From Chitinophagaceae bacterium (GTDB lineage Bacteria; Bacteroidota; Bacteroidia; Chitinophagales; Chitinophagaceae), in NCBI GenBank assembly GCA_046262255.1, contig JBHENB010000005.1, positions 350 through 64,349 of the forward strand: a stretch of DNA of 64,000 nucleotides. The letters are read 5' to 3'. The stretch's first letter is position 1. The number at the start of each line of letters is the position of its first letter. Both the position numbers and the translations under genes were made by a program. Of the stretch, positions 9,733 through 18,184 are shown piece after piece. The notes below the pieces were generated by a model. The model ran no database searches. It was given only the letters and a program-made list of their open reading frames with translations, and was not told the origin of the DNA.

Positions 9733-10164
9733 ATGAATACTGAACCATTATCCGCATATCATTTTATTGTTGACTGGGGAGGTGCCAATGGCGCTTTCTC
9801 AGAAATTTCCGGACTTAGCATAGAAAATGAAGTAATTGAATATAGAAATGGTAATTCAACAACACAGCAGGCTACAAAAATGCCCGGCCTGCGCAAATAC
9901 AGCAATATTACCCTTAAACGGGGTTTAACAAAGGGTGATACAGATTTTTACAAGTGGCTTAATACAGTTAATCTTAATAAGGTGGAAAAAAGAAATGTTA
10001 CTATTAGTTTGTTGAATGAAAACCATGAACCTGTTCGTGTATGGAAAGTAAGAAATGCATGGCCGTGTAAAATTTCCGGACCTCACTTAAAAGCAGACGG
10101 AAATGAAGTGGCTATTGAAACAATAGAATTAGCACACGAGGGGTTAGAAATTGAAGATGTTTGA
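9733..10164 (+). CDS. T4 gp19-like tail tube protein (Afp1/Afp5-type, contractile injection system)
   Basis: FSEISGL, EVIEYRNG, KMPGLRKYSNITLKRG, WKVRNAWP.KISGP and GNEVAIETIELAHEG are tube-protein signatures. Confidence 0.92.
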   Translation: MNTEPLSAYHFIVDWGGANGAFSEISGLSIENEVIEYRNGNSTTQQATKMPGLRKYSNITLKRGLTKGDTDFYKWLNTVNLNKVEKRNVTISLLNENHEPVRVWKVRNAWPCKISGPHLKADGNEVAIETIELAHEGLEIEDV

Positions 10165-10232
10165 TTTATTAAGACATATTTAGTTAGGATTCATATCTCT
10201 TAAGCATTTTTTAATATCCAGATTAAAAATCT

Positions 10233-10778
10233 CTAAAAAAGTCCCGGATTATCGTAACGCAGTTCGCTATTTATTACCCGTGCAACGGAAGTAAACGGAT
10301 GTACATGAGCTTTTTCGGCATCAATAATGTGCAACACTTTCCAGCCTTTTAACTTAAGATAATCTGAAACCAATGCTCTATGACACCGCCACCATACTGC
10401 TTCAGAACACATATATGCAGTTGGTTGTTGCCCGGCAATTATTTGTAAATTGTTTATTGCACTGGCAAAATCATTCGTTTACATATAATCTGCATAACCT
10501 CTAAAAGCATCATTCCGCCACCGTGTATTAACAAGAGCCAGCAAACGGCTTTCTTCTGCCACCAAGATCTTTTAAATGTATATAATTAATATGCTGTTCC
10601 TGCAAAGAAAATTGAAGTGATTCTTTATTAAAATGGGGATAACGTTTTGAGCCTGGAAAACTTCGGATATCCGCAACCATCCTGATGTTAAAAGAATTAA
10701 GAATAGCAATAAATTCATTTAGAGAACGTGTAGAATGCCCATGGTCCATATTACTTTTTCTCCTTGTTCATCTATCAT
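10233..10778 (-). pseudogene. DUF488-family protein, disrupted
   Basis: Reconstructs as MIDEQGEKVIWT[I]GHSTRS...LGGRRKP...NTRWRNDAFRGYADYM*...MCSEAVWWRCHRALVSDYL...GLF. Frameshifts near 10741 and 10530; in-frame TAA at 10479-10481. Confidence 0.85.
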
Positions 10779-10811
10779 GAATCAATTTACAAAATGCTTC
10801 TGAATAGCCCT

Positions 10812-11240
10812 CTACTTAATGAGCAGGTTATGAAACTTTCTTAATTCAGCTATTTCTGCTGCTGAAAGAATTTCATTGTTATCGTATTTCATTTTAAAAA
10901 ACAACACTCTCTTATGCTGCGGATAGTTAGCAAGTACATCTGCTATCAGTTGCCCGGTTTGGTTGTCTTTTGAGTATAGAGGTGTATTTCGGGGCAAAGC
11001 TGATTTAAATCGCGTTGGCCGTTTCAGAATTTCGGCTTCGAGAGTGGCAAGTTTGGCAGCAGGTAATGTTTTTACTTTAGCGGCCTTATGATATAAGCCT
11101 TGGAGTTGTTTTTTGCTTAAACCACCACGCTCCTGGTACTGATGCAGTAAGCTTTGAACAAAAGTGGATGCCGGATAGGCTGCCAGTGTTGTTTCCAGTA
11201 CATCTTTAATAACATCTACATCTGGCTTCTTCCTTTGCAT
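10812..11240 (-). CDS. Hypothetical protein
   Basis: 142-aa ORF with an internal repeat-like pattern (FVQSLLHQYQERGGLSKKQLQGL / FFKMKYDNNEILSAAEIAEL). Confidence 0.7.
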   Translation of the reverse strand: MQRKKPDVDVIKDVLETTLAAYPASTFVQSLLHQYQERGGLSKKQLQGLYHKAAKVKTLPAAKLATLEAEILKRPTRFKSALPRNTPLYSKDNQTGQLIADVLANYPQHKRVLFFKMKYDNNEILSAAEIAELRKFHNLLIK

Positions 11241-11315
11241 TAGAACTCTATAACAATTTTTGTATGAAAGAATAAATGTTTAATAGTTCGGTTATTACTC
11301 TTATAACGGGAATGC

Positions 11316-11672
11316 TCAAATAAATTTAGAAGAACTGATTTTACTGTAAAGCAGTCTGCCGACTCTGTCAATGTGATCTAACAGGTCTTTATTATTGATT
11401 GTATGGTAATTCAACACATCAAAAAAATATGGCATTTGTGTTTCTTCATTCAGCAAATAGCTAATGTGTCTGACAATATTAAAATTCAATGCGTCCCCTT
11501 TAACTGCAATATCAACATCACTTCCATTTTCGTAAATATTTTTTGCACGGCTGCCAAAAATGTAAGCTTCCTCCACTTCAGGATGTTGTGAAAGAATAGT
11601 GATTATATCCTTAATGTCACCTCCTTTTAAACCAAAAAAAAAGTGGTTTTTATTTTTGTCTGAAGGTGTCAT
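11316..11672 (-). CDS. Minimal nucleotidyltransferase (MNT, MntA/HI0073-like antitoxin)
   Basis: IFGSRAK...SDVDIAV (GS-x-DxD) motif; overlaps the upstream HEPN gene by 23 nt. Confidence 0.9.
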   Translation of the reverse strand: MTPSDKNKNHFFFGLKGGDIKDIITILSQHPEVEEAYIFGSRAKNIYENGSDVDIAVKGDALNFNIVRHISYLLNEETQMPYFFDVLNYHTINNKDLLDHIDRVGRLLYSKISSSKFI

Positions 11673-12066
11673 ATAATTCCTTTAAAAGGGGAAAATACTT
11701 ATCAGCAATAAACTGATGAACCTTGTTCACTGTTGCTTCATCATATGTGTGAGCAGTGATATTTCGATCATCAATCAGTTGCATCCAGCTATGGCCGTTT
11801 TGTATCAGGCCGATTTCAAACCCTTTCTTTAATGCACTCCTAGGTGATCTTATATCCGTAAATGCCTGGTCTTGCAGGTAATCTTTTATCAGATTCCCTC
11901 CAAGTTCAAAGCATATTTCGAAAAACTGAATCAGGCCTGCTTTCTGAATGATATCAGGGTTTTTAATTTCAACGGCTTCCTGAAGGTAGGACAATGCACT
12001 TACGAAATTCTGAAATCGTTGCTTCCACCGTATATCCTTACTTTTCGATATTTTAAATAATATCAA
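11650..12066 (-). CDS. HEPN protein, HI0074 family (nucleotidyltransferase substrate-binding protein / toxin)
   Basis: DIRWKQRF, GLIQFFEICFEL, SPRSALK and RNITAH (Rx4H) motifs. Start uncertain (TTG). Confidence 0.88.
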   Translation of the reverse strand: MILFKISKSKDIRWKQRFQNFVSALSYLQEAVEIKNPDIIQKAGLIQFFEICFELGGNLIKDYLQDQAFTDIRSPRSALKKGFEIGLIQNGHSWMQLIDDRNITAHTYDEATVNKVHQFIADKYFPLLKELYDTFRQK

Positions 12067-12191
12067 ATCAAGATTTATTGCTTCCTCTTACTGCTGTTAA
12101 ACTACAAGTTAAAAAAATAATTTCTAAAAGGAAATACAACCCAATGAACATCGAGAAAGTGACACTTCGAAGCACAAAAAAAATTACAAGC

Positions 12192-14171
12192 TTATAATCC
12201 CTTTTCGTCACTTAGAACAAGCTTATTTTTTCTAAATGCCTGCAGCCCACATTGCAGCCACTCCAAAAATTCTTTAGCATCCGGAGTATAGGATTTTGTT
12301 TTGGTTAGTGCTTTTTCGTCTGTGCTTATGATGGCATATTGCGGCTGGGCAACTGCATTAAAATTTTCCGACTGAAAGGTTGCCCATTTATCACCTACAG
12401 TAATAATGGGTTTTTTGTCCCCTGTTTTCGTAATGTATTCCATTTGCTGTGTTGCAGGTAATTTTTTTCGCTCATCTACATACAGGGAAACAACAATAAA
12501 ATCATTTCTCATCATGTCGGCAACATCCGGGTCTGGCCAAACTTTTTCTTCCATGCGGCGACAGTTAACACAGGCCCAGCCAGTGAAATCAATTAAAATG
12601 GGTTTATTGTGTGTCCTCGCTAATTTTAAAGCCTGTTCATAATCATTGTGAAGCGGTTCAATGCTTCGTTCGCAGTTGATTGGATGCTGATAAACACTGT
12701 AGCACAATGGTGGGGGAAACCCACTTATCATGCGTAAGTTGGCTGCACGTGTATTTGTAATTCCGGGTAATAAATACAAGGTAAGGGCTGTAAAGATTGT
12801 AATAAATGCCCACCTGGTTTTTGTCATTTTTGGTTTGCTGTCATGCGGAAAACGTATAACACCCAGCAAATACAAAACAATGGCAATTCCAATTATTACC
12901 CAGATGCCGATGAACACTTCTCTTTTTAAAATGCCCCATTGTTTTACAAGGTCTGCATTGGAAAGAAACTTAACAGCCATTGCTAATTCCAAAAAACCAA
13001 GCACAACTTTCACACTGGTGAGCCATCCGCCTGATTTTGGTAATGACTGCATCCAATTTGGGAAAAGTGCAAACAATGCAAATGGTAGAGCCAGTCCCAA
13101 CCCAAACCCCGACATGCCGGATGTTAATTGTATCGCACCTCCATCTTCCGTTAATGCTCCGGCTAATAAAGAGCCAAGAATAGGACCTGTGCAGGAAAAA
13201 GAAACAATGGCTAATGTAAGTGCCATGAAAAATAGGCCTGCAAAGTCACCTATACCCGATTTAGAGTCAACACTATTGGCAAAACTGCTGGGCAGGCCAA
13301 TTTCATAATAGCCAAAAAATGAAAATGCAAATACGACGAATATGCCGAAAAAGGTGAGGTTTAGCCATACATTGGTAGATATATTATTTAAAATTTCAGG
13401 GTCTGTTTTATCAATCAAATGAAACGGTGTGCTTAACAATGCATAGATACCAAAAATGCAAAACCCATATAGCGAGGCATTACTGATAGCTTTTCTGCGA
13501 CTCCCGGAACGTTTGGTAAAAAAAGATACGGTGAGTGGTATAAGTGGAAAAACACAGGGAGTAACAAGAGCAATTAATCCACCTACAAAACCAAGAAAAA
13601 AAATGGTTAACAGGCCTTTGTCCGCTGCTTCATCATCACCACAATCATTTAACGGGGTTTTTACATTAATTGAAGGGATTAAAATTCTTGCATTTAATGC
13701 CACACCTCCCTGTAAAGGCACTGAAAAGTTGTGTGCAGTAGAAGGATAAAATTCATCTGCCCTGCCATAAGTATAAAATAAAGTGCCTTGTAATGTTGCA
13801 GGAACTTCACCTCTAATGGTAACTTGTTGCTTCCACTTTGCAGGCCCTTCAAAAACTTTTACATTAACACCTTCAAAGATGGAGCTTAGGATATTTTTTG
13901 TGTTTCCAGAATCAATAAAGGCCCCCTTTAATTGTATTGCAGAATCCGTGAAAGTAACTTCTGTTGTTGCGACATCATTTAGCGCCTGGTTAGGTGCATA
14001 CAACTGCCATCCGCCAACTCCCGCCGTAGAAAATTGTATTTCATATTGGTTATCTGAAATTTTTTTTGCAGTAACGTTCCAGGAAAAAACTGCAGCATTA
14101 TCTTCCTGGCTGAAAGCCTGATAGCTCCATAAACCTGAAATCAAAAGCAGGCCATGTAAAAATTTTCTCAT
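12192..14171 (-). CDS. dsbD: Thiol:disulfide interchange protein DsbD
   Basis: TPCVFP and FSCTGP transmembrane cysteines; C-terminal thioredoxin fold with WACVNCR. Confidence 0.92.
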   Translation of the reverse strand: MRKFLHGLLLISGLWSYQAFSQEDNAAVFSWNVTAKKISDNQYEIQFSTAGVGGWQLYAPNQALNDVATTEVTFTDSAIQLKGAFIDSGNTKNILSSIFEGVNVKVFEGPAKWKQQVTIRGEVPATLQGTLFYTYGRADEFYPSTAHNFSVPLQGGVALNARILIPSINVKTPLNDCGDDEAADKGLLTIFFLGFVGGLIALVTPCVFPLIPLTVSFFTKRSGSRRKAISNASLYGFCIFGIYALLSTPFHLIDKTDPEILNNISTNVWLNLTFFGIFVVFAFSFFGYYEIGLPSSFANSVDSKSGIGDFAGLFFMALTLAIVSFSCTGPILGSLLAGALTEDGGAIQLTSGMSGFGLGLALPFALFALFPNWMQSLPKSGGWLTSVKVVLGFLELAMAVKFLSNADLVKQWGILKREVFIGIWVIIGIAIVLYLLGVIRFPHDSKPKMTKTRWAFITIFTALTLYLLPGITNTRAANLRMISGFPPPLCYSVYQHPINCERSIEPLHNDYEQALKLARTHNKPILIDFTGWACVNCRRMEEKVWPDPDVADMMRNDFIVVSLYVDERKKLPATQQMEYITKTGDKKPIITVGDKWATFQSENFNAVAQPQYAIISTDEKALTKTKSYTPDAKEFLEWLQCGLQAFRKNKLVLSDEKGL

Positions 14172-14237
14172 CCGGTTCTGTTAAACAATAAACGGATTCT
14201 AAATAGAATCCGTTTGCAAAAGAAAGAAAAGGTTTGT

Positions 14238-14687
14238 TTATTTTAATGCGATAGAAAAATTAACTGTTTTGGGAGGCAAACATTTTTTATCATCACAGGT
14301 CTGGAATTCCAGTTTACCTGTAACATTTGTTTTGGCATTACCTCTTAATTTTACCATTTGTACAAAATTTACTTTATTGCTGTATTGATTGGCAGCAATG
14401 TCTAATTTTTCATCTTTATATTTTTCCAGCTTGCCAATCTCTTTTACTTTGCCATCAAAGTCCAGCAAAGGATTTTTATTGAAATTAAAAGCCGTAGGCT
14501 GCGCTATAGCATCATCTGGCTGCTTTTGAGAATATAAATGCCAGCCTCGCTGAATTGTTGCTGTTAAGTGTACTTCGAAAACTTTATCGCTTATTTTTTT
14601 ACTGCTGAATGCCCATGAAACAGGACTCTGTGCAAATGCAATGCTTCCGGCGAAAACACATACAACAATAAAAATGATTCTTTTCAT
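14238..14687 (-). CDS. Exported DsbD N-terminal-domain protein
   Basis: Signal peptide, GWHLYS motif, C-terminal FQTCDDKKCLPP. Confidence 0.85.
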   Translation of the reverse strand: MKRIIFIVVCVFAGSIAFAQSPVSWAFSSKKISDKVFEVHLTATIQRGWHLYSQKQPDDAIAQPTAFNFNKNPLLDFDGKVKEIGKLEKYKDEKLDIAANQYSNKVNFVQMVKLRGNAKTNVTGKLEFQTCDDKKCLPPKTVNFSIALK

Positions 14688-14728
14688 AATCTAGGTTTGC
14701 AGCCTCAAATTTCTTTCATTATTTTTTG

Positions 14729-15424
14729 TCAAGATGTTAAAAGTTCCTGTTGTGATAATTCTCCAACTGCAGCAAATAATTTATGGAACAACCTGCGACC
14801 GTCCGTATTCCCTAAAGCTGAAGAACAGGCTCTCTCCGGGTGTGGCATCATGCCAAATACATTTCTTTCCTTGTTACAGATGCCAGCAATATTTTTTGTT
14901 GAACCATTAGGGTTTGCTGAGGGAGTTACCTTTCCTCCAGGATCACAATACCACAATATAACCTGATGATTGGTTTCTAACTCCTGTAATACTTCCCCGC
15001 TTGCGTAATACCTTCCTTCACCATGTGCTACAGGCAGCTTGTAAATATTACCTTCTGAGTCTTTCACAAAAGTATTTTTACATACAAACTGCTGCCGTTC
15101 ATTTCGTAATAAAGCACCCGGCAGTAAATGTGATTCGCACAAAATCTGAAAACCATTACAAATTCCTAATACTTTACCACCGTTCCCGGCAAATTCTATT
15201 ACACTTTGCATCATAGGACTAAACCGGGCAATAGCGCCACACCGCAGGTAATCCCCATAAGAAAAGCCCCCGGGTAAAACAATACAATCATCTGCATTAA
15301 ACTGAGACAGATCTTTTTCCTTATGCCATAATAAAATAGATTCCTGTTTCAGATCATTCACCAGAGCCTCATGAATATCCCGATCGCAATTGGAGCCGGG
15401 AAAAACTACAACACCAAATTTCAT
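14729..15424 (-). CDS. purQ: Phosphoribosylformylglycinamidine synthase subunit PurQ
   Basis: FPGSNCD, PGGFSYGDYLR, GICNGFQ and MMPHPER motifs. Confidence 0.97.
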   Translation of the reverse strand: MKFGVVVFPGSNCDRDIHEALVNDLKQESILLWHKEKDLSQFNADDCIVLPGGFSYGDYLRCGAIARFSPMMQSVIEFAGNGGKVLGICNGFQILCESHLLPGALLRNERQQFVCKNTFVKDSEGNIYKLPVAHGEGRYYASGEVLQELETNHQVILWYCDPGGKVTPSANPNGSTKNIAGICNKERNVFGMMPHPERACSSALGNTDGRRLFHKLFAAVGELSQQELLTS

Positions 15425-15464
15425 AACCTCAAATTAAAGTAAAGATAATTACCATTTTTTATAG

Positions 15465-16448
15465 CTATTGCCAGTTGGCGGTGCTGTATTGTTGTCCTAA
15501 AATAAATGCTACTGTTATTAAAAATAATAGCAGAGAAAGCCACTTTCGGGGCGGGTATAAATAGGCACAGGCATGAAAAGCAGCTAATGGTGCAGCAATA
15601 ATAACTCAGTTTTGAAATGAAGAATAGTTGCTGAAGAAAGAAATAATTAAAGCGAATAGTAAATAGAATAAAAAAATCGCCCAATTCTTACGTGCCTGAA
15701 TCAACATCTTGCCCAATTGAGTTTGTATATAAAAACCTCCTGCAATGAATGGCACCCCTAAAAGAATAATGCCGGCAATGAGCCATAGCGAACTAATTGG
15801 TTGCGGAAGCTGTATGCCAATGGCTGGCACTAAGTCTTGTAGAATTAATTGATCGGTTAGGAAAAGAGAAACTGCATAAAAATAATAAGGAGTAATAATG
15901 CCTAAAAGAAAAAGCAATAGCTCGTTAAAACGAAAAGACCGAAGGATTAACAAACCAAGTAATATACACACTGCAAGAAAAACTGAAGGAAAGAAAATCA
16001 TGGAGGAAATACCTATTATCAAACCTATATTGTAAATACTACCTCCGGCATATGGAACATTATAAAGCTTAAATAGCCTGCTACAACTCCACATCATTAA
16101 TGTAGTTGCTACTAATGCAGCAGACAGGTAATTCCATTCAGGTAAAAAGGATGTAATTAACAGATAAGACATTCCAGGTAAAAAAGTTTGCTTTGTCATT
16201 AACCGGTTCTCATTTGTAATAAAAGTTGCTACAAGAGCCTGCATATACAGAAGTAAAAAAGCTGTGATAGAGCAAAAAAAAGGATTACCTGTGGTGAAAG
16301 ACTGGAACAAATATTTATAAAGAATCCCGTCATCCACAGTAAATTGAAGTGGGCGGGGAAATAAAAATAACGGCAGCTTTATTAACAGCCCGAAAATGAG
16401 TAACAAAACAATAGTAGCAGGTGTCTTGTGCTTAAATAATCCAATCAC
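15465..16448 (-). pseudogene. DUF6427-like polytopic membrane protein with an internal TGA
   Basis: After the TGA at 15606-15608 the same frame continues VIIAAPLAAFHACAYLYPPRKWLSLLLFLITVAFILGQQYSTANWQ to a TAG at 15465. Confidence 0.7.
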
Positions 16449-16457
16449 ACATCAATG

Positions 16458-17975
16458 CTATGAATTATAATCAAGTTTTGCAAAGCAAAGATAGTTGCGG
16501 TAAAAACAAGGAATTATCATCTGACGGCTGCTTACTTGTTTTCCAAACTTGGGTAAAAAATCATACCCGCGGTCTAAATTCTTAAGGGTTGGATTACGAT
16601 TAATCTGGCCATCCGGCGCTAAAGAATAGTCGTTCAATAACTGCTTCCTTTTTTCTTCCTGATTAAAAACAAAATGTAATTGACCACCTGTATTCATCAA
16701 CTGGTAAGAAACCATGTCGCCGGCCTCATCATCAAATTGTTCTTTGTGTATTACGTTACTCCACTCCAGAGTCCCTGTATTATCAAAAGAAAGTATAGCA
16801 ATATTATCTGCATGATGCCGGGCTGCCTGGTTATTGTAACGGCTACGCCAGTACCAACTATTAAACATGGGAGAATAAGTATAGTAATCAAAAGAAGAAA
16901 GTGGCAAGCCATATAAATAATCCCACCGGCTCCAGTTATTAAAACGTGAAGTTGTATAGTAGGATTCACTGCCAATTATAAAACCACCATCTTTTTTTAC
17001 AATTATGTTGCGAATGAAGTAATCATTGAACGCCATTTTTATATTCGCATCTCCACGGGCATCTCTTCGAAGATCTTCACTAAAAGCAACGGTGTTTTCC
17101 ATAGCAACTTTCAGGGATTGCTTATCCCAAACAAGAAAATAAAACCCTTCAATATTGCCTCTGCGCTGCTTTGTATAAAAAGAGGTGAGAAAGTACCTCT
17201 TGTTCACATTATCCACTTTTATATGCGGCTCATCAAGAAAAATTTTATTTAAGGCAAGGTCAGTTATCGCTAATGAATCGCTCATAGCCGGCTTCCACAA
17301 CAAAAAAGCTTCTACAATATTCTCATTATTTTCACGCTTGAATTTGGTAAAAACAAGATCGCCTTCATTGTCAACAGAAAATTCATCGAGATATTCATTC
17401 CTCTCTTCCATCGGTAACATTATAGTGCTACGCTTTCTTAAACCCAATTGATTGTCAAAGAGAAGCGTTGTGAGTTTATAAAGTGATTTATTGCGCGAGT
17501 TGATCTTAAATACAAGAATATGGTTCTTATCTTCACTGCTAATGGTGGAATAAATTTTATTGTTAGTTGTAAACCCAATGTGAGAGGTATCCAGCGTTAT
17601 CACCTCAGAAGCTTTTTTTCCCAAGCCGTCTATTTTTATGGCATTGCAATACACTACATTTCTTCGTTGATATTGATAAATCATGTAAGCAAAGTCAGTA
17701 TAAGGAAAAAAATCAACGTTAATCAACCTGTCTTCAGGCAAATAGTTATGCTCCTCTTTGCCTATCAGCTTCATATCATTATTATAAACAGCAATCGCAT
17801 TTCTTCCGCGGGTAGTTTTATGAATTAAAAAATTCCCGCCAACCTTCCCAATAATTTCAAATTCCATTCTTCGGGTGTCATCTCTTTCCGGCTCAGAATA
17901 CACAATTCTTTGAGCATCAGAAAAAAAACTGAGCGGTAAAAGAGTCAATAAAAAAACAGTTCTGATAAAATACAT
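16458..17975 (-). CDS. Exported beta-rich hypothetical protein
   Basis: 505-aa ORF with signal peptide; aromatic, beta-strand-rich composition. Confidence 0.75.
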   Translation of the reverse strand: MYFIRTVFLLTLLPLSFFSDAQRIVYSEPERDDTRRMEFEIIGKVGGNFLIHKTTRGRNAIAVYNNDMKLIGKEEHNYLPEDRLINVDFFPYTDFAYMIYQYQRRNVVYCNAIKIDGLGKKASEVITLDTSHIGFTTNNKIYSTISSEDKNHILVFKINSRNKSLYKLTTLLFDNQLGLRKRSTIMLPMEERNEYLDEFSVDNEGDLVFTKFKRENNENIVEAFLLWKPAMSDSLAITDLALNKIFLDEPHIKVDNVNKRYFLTSFYTKQRRGNIEGFYFLVWDKQSLKVAMENTVAFSEDLRRDARGDANIKMAFNDYFIRNIIVKKDGGFIIGSESYYTTSRFNNWSRWDYLYGLPLSSFDYYTYSPMFNSWYWRSRYNNQAARHHADNIAILSFDNTGTLEWSNVIHKEQFDDEAGDMVSYQLMNTGGQLHFVFNQEEKRKQLLNDYSLAPDGQINRNPTLKNLDRGYDFLPKFGKQVSSRQMIIPCFYRNYLCFAKLDYNS

Positions 17976-18184
17976 ATCGCGAAAAAATTTAGCTGGTTTA
18001 AAGTTACTTCTTGTATTGTTATGGATGTTCTAATTTCTGTATGGGATGCATCTATTGTGCATTCTTATTAATCAAGAAGTGCATAAAGTTTACTGTTGCA
18101 AATAAAAATTAGGTATTACTTTTAACAATAGCTTTGCAAGCCCAATTGTGATGTTGTACAGAATTTATCCAATTATCAGGTAAA

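Noticed and set aside
12140-12180. Inverted partner of the CCTGAGC..TCGAAGG repeats delimiting an island
   Set aside because: Only CTTCGA is shared, which is insufficient.
15606-15608. Alternative genetic code (TGA = Trp)
   Set aside because: TGA terminates other well-supported genes in the window, and TGG is used for Trp throughout.
15421-15684. 87-aa minus-strand ORF as a separate gene
   Set aside because: It is an alternative frame over the true C-terminal continuation of the DUF6427-like gene.
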